50,942 bases of DNA, taken from positions 1 through 50,942 of the forward strand of contig JAUCBJ010008031.1 of the NCBI GenBank assembly GCA_032718475.1, written 5' to 3'. The stretch is from Nemertoderma westbladi. Lineage: Eukaryota > Animalia > Xenacoelomorpha. Under the pieces are notes generated by a model. It was not told the origin of the DNA, made no database searches, and saw only the letters and a list, made by a program, of their open reading frames with translations. This document shows positions 1-12,135 of this stretch, one piece after another (within the stretch, counting starts at the first letter, position 1; each line of letters begins with the position of its first letter). The translations under genes were made by a program, and so were the position numbers.

Positions 1-366
1 TCCATGATTTCCAGGAAAGCTACACGTCGACAGGAAAAATCGCCCTGATTGGCTCAAGCCAAACAAAGAACCACGCTGCCAATGGCTGTTTCCATGTCAG
101 CAACCAGCTGCTAGATGTCGTAATATGAATCATCACGGCTAAGCTGTGAAAGGTGGTTTGTGCATTACAAGTTTTTGTCTTACCATGTCCGCTAAAACAC
201 GTATATAGCAGAATGATTTTTATGTCCGTTAAAACACCTGTAAAGGTACCTTGCGGGCGAGGGGAATATATATACAGTTAGAAAACCTTTTTTAGAGTAT
301 TCCAGCGCCGGGGGGGAACTGGCCAACAAAGGCAAACGTATCAGTTATCCCACAAAAGCTTTTACA
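1..366 (-). mobile_element. LTR-like terminus (U3-like 5' end) of a retroelement running out of the left window edge, abutting satellite A
   Basis: The reverse complement starts TGTAAAAGCTTTT at 366. It shares collinear blocks with 45252-45555: TGTAAAAGCTTTT, AATACTCT, GGTGTTTTARCGGACATAAAA, ACGAC..CTAGCAGCTG and CCAATCAGRGCG. The satellite begins abruptly at 367. Confidence 0.6.
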
Positions 367-2267
367 GTAGCGCCTACCCCTACCTTCCGGGAGCAGGTAG
401 GAGTAGCGCCTACCCCTACCCTCGGGTAGCAGATAGGAGTAGCGCCTACCCCTACCTTCGTGTAGCAGATAGGAGTAGCGCCCACCCCTACACTCGGGTA
501 GCAGATATGAGTAGCGCCTACCCCTACCTTCCGGTAGCAGATAGGAGTAGCGCCCACCCCTACCTTCGTGTAGCAGATAGGAGTAGCGCCCACCCCTACC
601 TTCGTGTAGCAGATAGGAGTAGCGCCTACCCCTACACTCGGGTAGCAGATAGGAGTAGCGCCTACCCCTACCCTCGGGTAGCAGATAGGAGTAGCGCCTA
701 CCCCTACCTTCCGGGAGCAGGTAGGAGTAACGCCTACCCCTACCCTCGGGTAGCAGATAGGAGTAGCGCCCACCCCTACCTTCGTGTAGCAGATAGGAGT
801 AGCGCCCACCCCTACACTCGGGTAGCAGATATGAGTAGCGCCTACCCCTACCTTCCGGTAGCAGATAGGAGTAGCGCCCACCCCTACCTTCGTGTAGCAG
901 ATAGGAGTAGCGCCCACCCCTACCTTCGTGTAGCAGATAGGAGTAGCGCCCACCCCTACCTTCGTGTAGCAGATAGGAGTAGCGTCCACCCCTACCTTCG
1001 TGTAGCAGATAGGAGTAGCGCCTACCCCTACACTCGGGTAGCAGATAGGAGTAGCGCCTACCCCTACCCTCGGGTAGCAGATAGGAGTAGCGCCTACCCC
1101 TACCTTCCGGTAGCAGATAGGAGTAGCGCCCACCCCTACCTTCGTGTAGCAGATAGGAGTAGCGCCCACCCCTACCTTCGTGTAGCAGATAGGAGTAGCG
1201 CCTACCCCGACACTCGGGTAGCAGATAGGAGTAGCGCCTACCCCTACCCTCGGGTAGCAGATAGGAGTTGCGCCTACCCCTACCTTCCGGGAGCAGGTAG
1301 GAGTAGCGCCTACCCCTACCCTCGGGTAGCAGATAGGAGTAGCGCCTACCCCTACCTTCGTGTAGCAGATAGGAGTAGCGCCCACCCCTACACCCGGGTA
1401 GCAGATATGAGTAGCGCCTACCCCTACCTTCCGGTAGCAGATAGGAGTAGCGCCCACCCCTACCTTCGTGTAGCAGATAGGAGTAGCGCCCATCCCTACC
1501 TTCGTGTAGCAGATAGGAGTAGCGCCTACCCCTACACTCGGGTAGCAGATAGGAGTAGCGCCTACCCCTACCCTCGGGTAGCAGATAGGAGTAGCGCCTA
1601 CCCCTACCTTCCGGGAGCAGGTAGGAGTAACGCCTACCCCTACCTCTGGTAGCAGATAGGAGTAGCGCCCACCCCTACCTTCGTGTAGCAGATAGGAGTA
1701 GCGCCCACCCCTACACTCGGGTAGCAGATATGAGTAGCGCCTACCCCTACCTTCCGGTAGCAGATAGGAGTAGCGCCCACCCCTACCTTCGTGTAGCAGA
1801 TAGGAGTAGCGCCCACCCCTACCTTCGTGTAGCAGATAGGAGTAGCGCCCACCCCTACCTTCGTGTAGCAGATAGGAGTAGCGCCTACCCCTACACTCGG
1901 GTAGCAGATAGGAGTAGCGCCTACCCCTACCCTCGGGTAGCAGATAGGAGTAGCGCCTACCCCTACCTTCCGGGAGCAGGTAGGAGTAGCGCCTACCCAT
2001 ACACTCGGGTAGCAGATAGGAGTAGCGCCTATCCCTACCCTCGGGTAGCAGATAGGAGTAGCGCCTACCCCTACCTTCTGGGAGCAGGTAGGAGTAGCGC
2101 CCACCCCTACCTTCGGGTAGCAGATAGGAGTAGCACCCACCCCTACCTTCGTGTAGCAGATAGGAGTAGCGCCTACCCCTACACTCGGGTAGCAGATAGG
2201 AGTGGTGCCTACCCCTACCCTCGGGTAGCAGATAGGAGTAGCACCCACCCCTACCCTCAGGTAGCAG
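367..2267. repeat. 36-bp minisatellite A, copy 1 (about 53 units; consensus approx. GGAGTAGCGCCYACCCCTACCTTCGKGTAGCAGATA)
   Basis: Direct 36-nt periodicity; the overlapping ORFs show a 12-aa period on both strands. Confidence 0.98.
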
Positions 2268-3344
2268 TTTTCGGGTCACCTCCGGTTTCGGCCGACAGTT
2301 TAGTTTTGTTCATAAATACGTGTAACTTTATTGTGGCTTATTGGTGTGTTCCTCTTTTAATATTAAATTTTAGTGGTCTAATGGCAAAAGAAAACAGAAA
2401 TAAACAACTTTATTTTTTAATTGGTATACTTCTTGGGGCGAATGTAACCTAAAATCGAGAGAAACAGAAGCCAATTAAATTATTCTAATAGGTTGATATA
2501 AACAATATAAAATAGACACGTCATTAACGAACAATATAATAACTGCAATTAACTAGTAAATATATCATATTACATTTTTTCAAAATCAAAAAAGCCGTTC
2601 TCATAATCTCTCGTCTCTTTATTTACCATGCTGTCGCCCGGTACAGTAAATAAAATACCTCGAGAATAGTGAAAAAAAAATTAGAATTTCTTCACCATGC
2701 AATACATAATTATGCACGCATTTTGAACAACCTACACACTATGTGACTTACAACACGTAGACGGGAAATTAATTGTAATTTTTAGATCTGTCTTGCAATA
2801 AATGATGAGGATTTTCAGCAAAACCTTTATGTGGCCATTTGTGTTCGACGTCTTTCCTTTACGACTAATAACCTGGAACTCCGATTGGTAACCAGTAGCT
2901 CAAAGTCGTAATTGAATTGGAATGCAAATGGAATAAGTATGACATGGGTTACACTACAAACGGTACGTACCAACACTAGTATTATAGGTATTTTATATCT
3001 ATATACGATACACGATAAAAAAAATATGTGCATTTTATGTGCTACATAAATGGCAAATAAAAATCGTCATAGTTTAACAATATCTATCAAAGGCGTAAGG
3101 GCAAAATGTTAAAAAGTACTCCACGGGGAGCAAGGTTGGAAGCATCCAGTGTACTAATAATGAATGGTAAGTACAATCGTATGAAAAATAAAATTAACAA
3201 GTAAGAATAAGTCCTGAGTTAATTATGTGCCATTGCCGATTGGAACTCATATACCAACTAAAATTGAATATTAAAACTACCTATCCTTACTATAGTGTTC
3301 AGACTTTAGGCTGAATTCTATTGCCAGTGCCGAGGAGTTCAGGT

Positions 3345-4056
3345 CATCCGCTAGTGTGCGCGATGCATAAACTTTACGTAATACTAGTGTGTCCACGATC
3401 CCATGGCTTTACGTCACTAGTGTGTCCACGATCCCATGGCTTTACGTCACTAGTGTATCCACGATCCCATGGCTTTACATCACTAGTGTGTCCACGATCC
3501 CATGCTTTACGTCACTAGTGTGTCCACGATCCCATGGCTTTACGTCACTAGTGTGTCCACGATCCCATGGCTTTACGTCACTAGTGTGTCCACGATCCCA
3601 TGGCTTTACGTCACTAGTGTGTCCACGATCCCATGGCTTTACGTCACTAGTGTGTCCACGCTCCCATGGCTTTACGTCACTAGTGTGTCCACGATCCCAT
3701 GGCTTTACGTCACTAGTGTGTCCACGATCCCATGGCTTTACGTCACTAGTGTGTCCACGATCCCATGGCTTTACGTCACTAGTGTGTCCACGATCCCATG
3801 GCTTTACGTCACTAGTGTATCCACGATCCCATGGCTTTACATCACTAGTGTGTCCACGATCCCATGCTTTACGTCACTAGTGTGTCCACGATCCCATGGC
3901 TTTACGTCACTAGTGTGTCCACGATCCCATGGCTTTACGTCACTAGTGTGTCCACGATCCCATGGCATTACGTCACTAGTGTGTCCACGATCCCATGGCT
4001 TTACGTCACTAGTGTGTCCACGATCCCATGGCTTTACGTCACTAGTGTGTCCACGA
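3345..4056. repeat. 33-bp minisatellite B, copy 1 (ACTAGTGTGTCCACGATCCCATGGCTTTACGTC, about 21 units)
   Basis: Direct 33-nt periodicity; 32-nt variant units at about 3501 and 3863. Confidence 0.98.
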
Positions 4057-4213
4057 GACCCTTACTCGTCATATATATTTATAATTAGAGTATTAAAATT
4101 TACTAATTACCGGTACCGGGTAGTATTACTGGATAGTATAGGCCTAATATTTTGTTATTATTATAATCCTACACCCTAAACTTTTTGATAATTTTTACAT
4201 TGAGTAGTTTAAT

Positions 4214-6800
4214 GAGCGCCCACCCCTACACCCAGGTAGCAGATAGGAGTAGCGCCTACCCCTACCTTCCGGGAGCAGATAGGAGTAGCGCCTACCCCTA
4301 CCCTCGGGTAGCAGATAGAAGTACCGCATACCCCTACCTTCGGGTAGCAGATAGGAGTAGCGCCCACCCCTTCACTCGGGTAGCAGATATAGGAGTAGCG
4401 CCCACCCCTACCTTCCGGGAGCAGATAGGAGTAGCGCCCACCCCTACACTCGGGTAGCAGATAGGAGTAGGGTCCAACCCTACCTTCGGGTAGCAGATAG
4501 GAGTAGCGCCCACCCCTACACTCGGGTAGCAGATAGGAGTAGCGCCTACCCCTACCTTCCGGGAGCAGATCGGAGTAGCGCCTACCCCTACCTTCCGGGA
4601 GCAGATAGGAGTAGGGTCCAACCCTACCTTCGGGTAGCAGATAGGAGTAGCGCCCACCCCTACACTCGGGTAGCAGATAGGAGTAGCGCCTACCCCTACC
4701 TTCCGGGAGCAGATAGGAGTAGCGCCCACCCCTACACTCGGGTAGCAGATAGGAGTAGCGCCTACCACTACCTTCCGGTAGCAGATAGGAGTAGCGCCTA
4801 CCCCTACCCTCGGGTAGCAGATAGGAGTAGCGCCTACCCCTACCTTCCGGGAGCACGTAGGAGTAGCGCCCACCCCTACACTCAGGTAGCAGATAGTAGT
4901 AGCGCCTACCCCTACCTTCCGGGAGCAGGTAGGAGTAGCGCCTACCCCTACCCTCGGGTAGCAGATAGGAGTAGCGCCTACCCCTACCTTCGTGTAGCAG
5001 ATAGGAGTAGCGCCCACCCCTACACTCGGGTAGCAGATATGAGTAGCGCCTACCCCTACCTTCCGGTAGCAGATAGGAGTAGCGCCCACCCCTACCTTCG
5101 TGTAGCAGATAGGAGTAGCGCCCACCCCTACCTTCGTGTAGCAGATAGGAGTAGCGCCTACCCCTACACTCGGGTAGCAGATAGGAGTAGCGCCTACCCC
5201 TACCCTCGGGTAGCAGATAGGAGTAGCGCCTACCCCTACCTTCCGGGAGCAGGTAGGAGTAACGCCTACCCCTACCCTCGGGTAGCAGATAGGAGTAGCG
5301 CCCACCCCTACCTTCGTGTAGCAGATAGGAGTAGCGCCCACCCCTACACTCGGGTAGCAGATATGAGTAGCGCCTACCCCTACCTTCCGGTAGCAGATAG
5401 GAGTAGCGCCCACCCCTACCTTCGTGTAGCAGATAGGAGTAGCGCCCACCCCTACCTTCGTGTAGCAGATAGGAGTAGCGCCCACCCCTACCTTCGTGTA
5501 GCAGATAGGAGTAGCGTCCACCCCTACCTTCGTGTAGCAGATAGGAGTAGCGCCTACCCCTACACTCGGGTAGCAGATAGGAGTAGCGCCTACCCCTACC
5601 CTCGGGTAGCAGATAGGAGTAGCGCCTACCCCTACCTTCCGGTAGCAGATAGGAGTAGCGCCCACCCCTACCTTCGTGTAGCAGATAGGAGTAGCGCCCA
5701 CCCCTACCTTCGTGTAGCAGATAGGAGTAGCGCCTACCCCGACACTCGGGTAGCAGATAGGAGTAGCGCCTACCCCTACCCTCGGGTAGCAGATAGGAGT
5801 TGCGCCTACCCCTACCTTCCGGGAGCAGGTAGGAGTAGCGCCTACCCCTACCCTCGGGTAGCAGATAGGAGTAGCGCCTACCCCTACCTTCGTGTAGCAG
5901 ATAGGAGTAGCGCCCACCCCTACACCCGGGTAGCAGATATGAGTAGCGCCTACCCCTACCTTCCGGTAGCAGATAGGAGTAGCGCCCACCCCTACCTTCG
6001 TGTAGCAGATAGGAGTAGCGCCCATCCCTACCTTCGTGTAGCAGATAGGAGTAGCGCCTACCCCTACACTCGGGTAGCAGATAGGAGTAGCGCCTACCCC
6101 TACCCTCGGGTAGCAGATAGGAGTAGCGCCTACCCCTACCTTCCGGGAGCAGGTAGGAGTAACGCCTACCCCTACCTCTGGTAGCAGATAGGAGTAGCGC
6201 CCACCCCTACCTTCGTGTAGCAGATAGGAGTAGCGCCCACCCCTACACTCGGGTAGCAGATATGAGTAGCGCCTACCCCTACCTTCCGGTAGCAGATAGG
6301 AGTAGCGCCCACCCCTACCTTCGTGTAGCAGATAGGAGTAGCGCCCACCCCTACCTTCGTGTAGCAGATAGGAGTAGCGCCCACCCCTACCTTCGTGTAG
6401 CAGATAGGAGTAGCGCCTACCCCTACACTCGGGTAGCAGATAGGAGTAGCGCCTACCCCTACCCTCGGGTAGCAGATAGGAGTAGCGCCTACCCCTACCT
6501 TCCGGGAGCAGGTAGGAGTAGCGCCTACCCATACACTCGGGTAGCAGATAGGAGTAGCGCCTATCCCTACCCTCGGGTAGCAGATAGGAGTAGCGCCTAC
6601 CCCTACCTTCTGGGAGCAGGTAGGAGTAGCGCCCACCCCTACCTTCGGGTAGCAGATAGGAGTAGCACCCACCCCTACCTTCGTGTAGCAGATAGGAGTA
6701 GCGCCCACCCCTACACTTCGGGTAGCAGATAGGAGTGGCGCCCACCCCTACCCTCGGGTAGCAGATAGGAGTAGCACCCACCCCTACCCTCAGGTAGCAG
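4214..6800. repeat. 36-bp minisatellite A, copy 2 (about 72 units)
   Basis: Same unit as 367-2267, with about 690 bp of extra, more variable units at its left end. Confidence 0.98.
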
Positions 6801-7879
6801 TTTTCGGGTCACCTCCGGTTTCGGCCGACAGTTTAGTTTTGTTCATAAATACGTGTAACTTTATTGTGGCTTATTGGTGTGTTCCTCTTTTAATATTAAA
6901 TTTTAGTGGTCTAATGGCAAAAGAAAACAGAAATAAACAACTTTATTTTTTAATTGGTATACTGGTCTTGGGGCGAATGTAACCTAAAATCGAGAGAAAC
7001 AGAAGCCAATTAAATTATTCTAATAGGTTGATTTAAACAATATAAAATAGACACGTCATTAACGAACAATATAATAACTGCAATTAACTAGTAAATATAT
7101 CATATTACATTTTTTCAAAATCAAAAAAGCCGTTCTCATAATCTCTCGTCTCTTTATTTACCATGCTGTCGCCCGGTACAGTAAATAAAATACCTCGAGA
7201 ATAGTGAAAAAAAAATTAGAATTTCTTCACCATGCAATACATAATTATGCACGCATTTTGAACAACCTACACACTATGTGACTTACAACACGTAGACGGG
7301 AAATTAATTGTAATTTTTAGATCTGTCTTGCAATAAATGATGAGGATTTTCAGCAAAACCTTTATGTGGCCATTTGTGTTCGACGTCTTTCCTTTACGAC
7401 TAATAACCTGGAACTCCGATTGGTAACCAGTAGCTCAAAGTCGTAATTGAATTGGAATGCAAATGGAATAAGTATGACATGGGTTACACTACAAACGGTA
7501 CGTACCAACACTAGTATTATAGGTATTTTATATCTATATACGATACACGATAAAAAAAATATGTGCATTTTATGTGCTACATAAATGGCAAATAAAAATC
7601 GTCATAGTTTAACAATATCTATCAAAGGCGTAAGGGCAAAATGTTAAAAAGTACTCCACGGGGAGCAAGGTTGGAAGCATCCAGTGTACTAATAATGAAT
7701 GGTAAGTACAATCGTATGAAAAATAAAATTAACAAGTAAGAATAAGTCCTGAGTTAATTATGTGCCATTGCCGATTGGAACTCATATACCAACTAAAATT
7801 GAATATTAAAACTACCTATCCTTACTATAGTGTTCAGACTTTAGGCTGAATTCTATTGCCAGTGCCGAGGAGTTCAGGT

Positions 7880-9725
7880 CATCCGCTAGTGTGCGCGATG
7901 CATAAACTTTACGTAATACTAGTGTGTCCACGATCCCATGGCTTTACGTCACTAGTGTGTCCACGATCCCATGGCTTTACGTCACTAGTGTATCCACGAT
8001 CCCATGGCTTTACATCACTAGTGTGTCCACGATCCCATGCTTTACGTCACTAGTGTGTCCACGATCCCATGGCTTTACGTCACTAGTGTGTCCACGATCC
8101 CATGGCTTTACGTCACTAGTGTGTCCACGATCCCATGGCTTTACGTCACTAGTGTGTCCACGATCCCATGGCTTTACGTCACTAGTGTGTCCACGCTCCC
8201 ATGGCTTTACGTCACTAGTGTGTCCACGATCCCATGGCTTTACGTCACTAGTGTGTCCACGATCCCATGGCTTTACGTCACTAGTGTGTCCACGATCCCA
8301 TGGCTTTACGTCACTAGTGTGTCCACGATCCCATGGCTTTACGTCACTAGTGTATCCACGATCCCATGGCTTTACATCACTAGTGTGTCCACGATCCCAT
8401 GCTTTACGTCACTAGTGTGTCCACGATCCCATGGCTTTACGTCACTAGTGTGTCCACGATCCCATGGCTTTACGTCACTAGTGTGTCCACGATCCCATGG
8501 CATTACGTCACTAGTGTGTCCACGATCCCATGGCTTTACGTCACTAGTGTGTCCACGATCCCATGGCTTTACGTCACTAGTGTGTCCACGATCCCATGCT
8601 TTACGTCACTAGCGTGTCCACGATCCCATGGCTTTACATCACTAGTGTGTCCACGATCCCATGCTTTACGTCACTAGTGTGTCCACGATCCCATGGCTTT
8701 ACATCACTAGTGTGTGCACGATCCCATGGCTTTACATCACTAGTGTGTGCACGATCTCATGGCTTTACGTAACTAGTGGGTGTACGATACCTTTATTTTA
8801 CGTCACTAGTGTGTGCACGATCGCATGGCTTTACGTAACTAGAGTGTGTACGATACCTTTACTTTACGTCACTAGTGTGTGTTCGATGACTTTACTTTAC
8901 GTCACTGGTGTGTCCACGATCCTATGGCTTTACATCACTAGTGTGTCCACGATCCCATGGCTTTACATCACTAGTGTGTGCACGATCTCATGGCTTTACG
9001 TAACTAGTGGGTGTACGATACCTTTATTTTACGTCACTAGTGTGTGCACGATCGCATGGCTTTACGTAACTAGAGTGTGTACGATACCTTTACTTTACGT
9101 CACTAGTGTGTGTTCGATGACTTTACTTTACGTCACTGGTGTGTCCACGATCCTATGGCTTTACATCACTAGTGTGTCCACGATCCCATGGCTTTACATC
9201 ACTAGTGTGTGCACGATCTCATGGCTTTACGTAACTAGTGGGTGTACGATACCTTTACTTTACGTCACTAGTGTGTGTTCGATGACTTTACTTTACGTCA
9301 CTGGTGTGTGCACGATCCCATGGCTTTACATCACTAGTGTGTGCACGATCCCATGGCTTTACAGTGGGTGTACGATCCCATGGCTTTACATCACTAGTGT
9401 GTGCACGATCTCATGGCTTTACGTAACTAGTGGGTGTACGATACCTTTATTTTACGTCACTAGTGTGTGCACGATCGCATGGCTTTACGTAACTAGAGTG
9501 TGTACGATACCTTTACTTTACGTCACTAGTGTGTGTTCGATGACTTTACTTTACGTCACTGGTGTGTCCACGATCCTATGGCTTTACATCACTAGTGTGT
9601 CCACGATCCCATGGCTTTACATCACTAGTGTGTGCACGATCTCATGGCTTTACGTAACTAGTGGGTGTACGATACCTTTACTTTACGTCACTAGTGTGTT
9701 TTCGATTCCTTTGCTTTACGTCACA
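7880..9725. repeat. 33-bp minisatellite B, copy 2 (about 56 units), with a 231-bp (7-mer) higher-order repeat in its right half
   Basis: 33-nt period; the diagnostic variant GTGGGTGTACGATACCTTTATTTT recurs at about 8776, 9007 and 9430. Confidence 0.97.
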
Positions 9726-10202
9726 ATATATAATATTTAAATGTATTAATTATGTTTGTAATTATGCTTATTTAAACTTTCTAGAACAACCTTGTAACGT
9801 GATAAGCATGTTAAAAATCAACATTTATCTCGTAGATAAATGGGAATTAAGGTAACTTGGGAACAGAGTGGAAGAGTTTACTGTGGAAGATCAGCAATGG
9901 TGATGAACAGGCATTCCATGGCTTAATGAGCTTAAAATATTCTTCAATAATTCATTATGCAACATAACAAATGTTGCTAACTCGCCGTAATTGCATTGTT
10001 TAATAACAACGCTTGAATATTATATATACCGACTGATATGGTATATTTTAGATACAGTAAGTACTAGTTTGTTTATTTTGAATTTTATTTTGCTACATAT
10101 TAAAGTACTAACCCGAAGACATTGCATTGTTAATAAATACGTCATATTGCTATATTTTAAATGTAGGGGAGGGGGGTGGGGTGATCTATAACATATTGGA
10201 TA

Positions 10203-11084
10203 GTATATTTCGCGATAGCAGAATTTATAAAGTGCTAACTCGAAAACTTGCTTTTGGATATTACATTGTTTGTCTCTTTATATGATGCATATTATTATTT
10301 TATTCAGTAATCATTTTAATGGGCAAAAACACAATTAGGCCTATTTTACACTTCAATGTATTTAAATCTTACTTTGGTAGTGGAATGGTTATAAATATGA
10401 TTTTATAACGGTAGCATTCCCCTATTCGAAGAGTAATTTGAATCTGCAACTCAAGAGAGGTAGGACTGTTTTGCTGATATGTTTTTCTCCTATCAGATTA
10501 ATTATAAAACAAATATTTGAATCCCGAATAAGGAAACGTTTATAAATAATATAAAATAACGTGTTCTACAAAAATTAAAAATGATAAAATGACTTCTATA
10601 AGATTTGAACCAGCGCAGCCTAAATGCCTTATGGTTACATAATTTTGCTACAGATATTGCATTATCAGCTCAACTCCAATTTAATTATTTACTAACAAAC
10701 CCCGGCAACAGAAATCGAGCTAAATACTAAATACATACTTATGTGTAATTAATTCCCCATGCTACACTTTAACATAGGCCTACTAGAATCCGGTAGGACC
10801 TCTGTTAGAGAGATATTTGATATAATTTAAAGAAGTATTAAATTCGTACAGTTCCATTATCAACTCAAAATAATAATAAAAAATTAATTTTACTGTTGTA
10901 AATGCTGTAAAAGCATATTTAACACGGCCAGACAGCTTAGGAAATATAATTACTAAAAGGGAAACCGAAACATAGACATGATTTTGCGTCGGCTGACTAA
11001 ATCGAATATTTAACACAATCAATGTATTATCATAAAACATTGTCTTCGAGTTAGCACTTTACAATTTCTGCTGCCGCGAAATAT
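10203..11084. mobile_element. Degenerate non-autonomous DNA-transposon-like element with ~50-bp inverted termini
   Basis: ATATTTCGCGATAGCAGAATTTATAAAGTGCTAACTCGAAAAC (about 10205-10248) is the imperfect reverse complement of GTCTTCGAGTTAGCACTTTACAATTTCTGCTGCCGCGAAATAT (about 11042-11083). Confidence 0.55.
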
Positions 11085-12046
11085 TCAAAGCAAACACACT
11101 AATCTAATATGATGTACTGTAGACCAGTTTAGACACCAAATAAACTCAAGCATTGTATTTTATTATATGCAAAGACAATTTAGATATAAGTTATATCACA
11201 TCACCAAAACTACGCTATTTGTGAACAAAATCGTGTCCTCATAATTCTGCTGTAAACGTGTAAACGCTACACCGACTGCCGACAACATATCCCTGGAACC
11301 GTTTTTAAGGTAATAATTTAAACTATAACCTACAGTATGTGAACTCGACTTACATTTTTGTTTTATTTTGAATAATCAGCAATAATCATTTCAGAAATAA
11401 CCATTTCCATCAATAATTGTCAACTTTGATTGTCAGTCGCGTTATTTACACCCAGAATATATATTATTATGGTTATAGTTTACACTCTTTGATAACTTGT
11501 ATAATAAAATAACAAATTATTCCAGCAATTCAGTAATACTGTAGGACTTTTGAGAGATAGTATGATCGTCGCGACCTAAGAGATCTCTACCGCGGACCCT
11601 TCCTCATTGGCTGGCGTACCGCCCCCCCCACCCCCCCCCCCCCCCTCCCTCCAAGACCCCCACCCCCTTTCAGACATTGGTTTATATGGTCTTCTCCACA
11701 ATAATTATAAAGAGGGGTTAGAAAATGTTCAAAACACACTTATCCAATATGTGTTAGCAGTTTACTAAATCTGTGGGTATGTTGGCCTCTTGAGTGTTGA
11801 GTGTGATTGAAAAAATTGTAAAGTACTAATCGCCTTAATGCCGCTAAGGGAATGTTGTTCATACACATTACACACTGGACTACAAAAGTTGTAAAATACT
11901 AACTTGTTGGAAATGGTCTAAAAAACGTTTTGATAAAGTCTCAGATTGCAAGGACCACAAGTCAGCACTTTGAGTTAGCATTTTGGCAAAGTTAGCACAA
12001 TAGAGGAAAAAGAGCTGCAAAGTTAGCTCTTTTGTATATTTTCCAA

Positions 12047-12135
12047 CACTAGTGTGTGCAGTGCTCCCCGTCACGGCTATACGTCACTAGTGTGTGTTCG
12101 ATGCTTTTGCTTTACGTCACTAGTGTGAATACGAT
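12047..12135. repeat. Outlying 2-3 degenerate units of satellite B
   Basis: CACTAGTGTG occurs three times, with TACGTCACTAGTGTGTGTTCGATG matching the right-end variants of array B. Confidence 0.8.

Larger units (their letters stand above)
367..8591. repeat. Near-identical duplication: 367-4056 repeated at 4899-8591 (offset 4532-4535)
   Basis: Satellite variants occur in the same order, and the ~1.07-kb unique spacer (2268-3345 vs 6801-7880) differs at only a few positions, e.g. ATACTTCTTGG vs ATACTGGTCTTGG. Confidence 0.95.

Noticed and set aside
345-9740. Long ORFs over satellites A and B (up to 815 aa)
   Set aside because: Unit lengths (36 and 33) are multiples of 3 and stop-free in several frames on both strands. 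Frames switch at 1-nt indels and there is no unique domain.
9850-9932. Possible CR1-like LINE 3' remnant on the minus strand (IKPWNA...SSTVNS)
   Set aside because: Too short and degraded to support.
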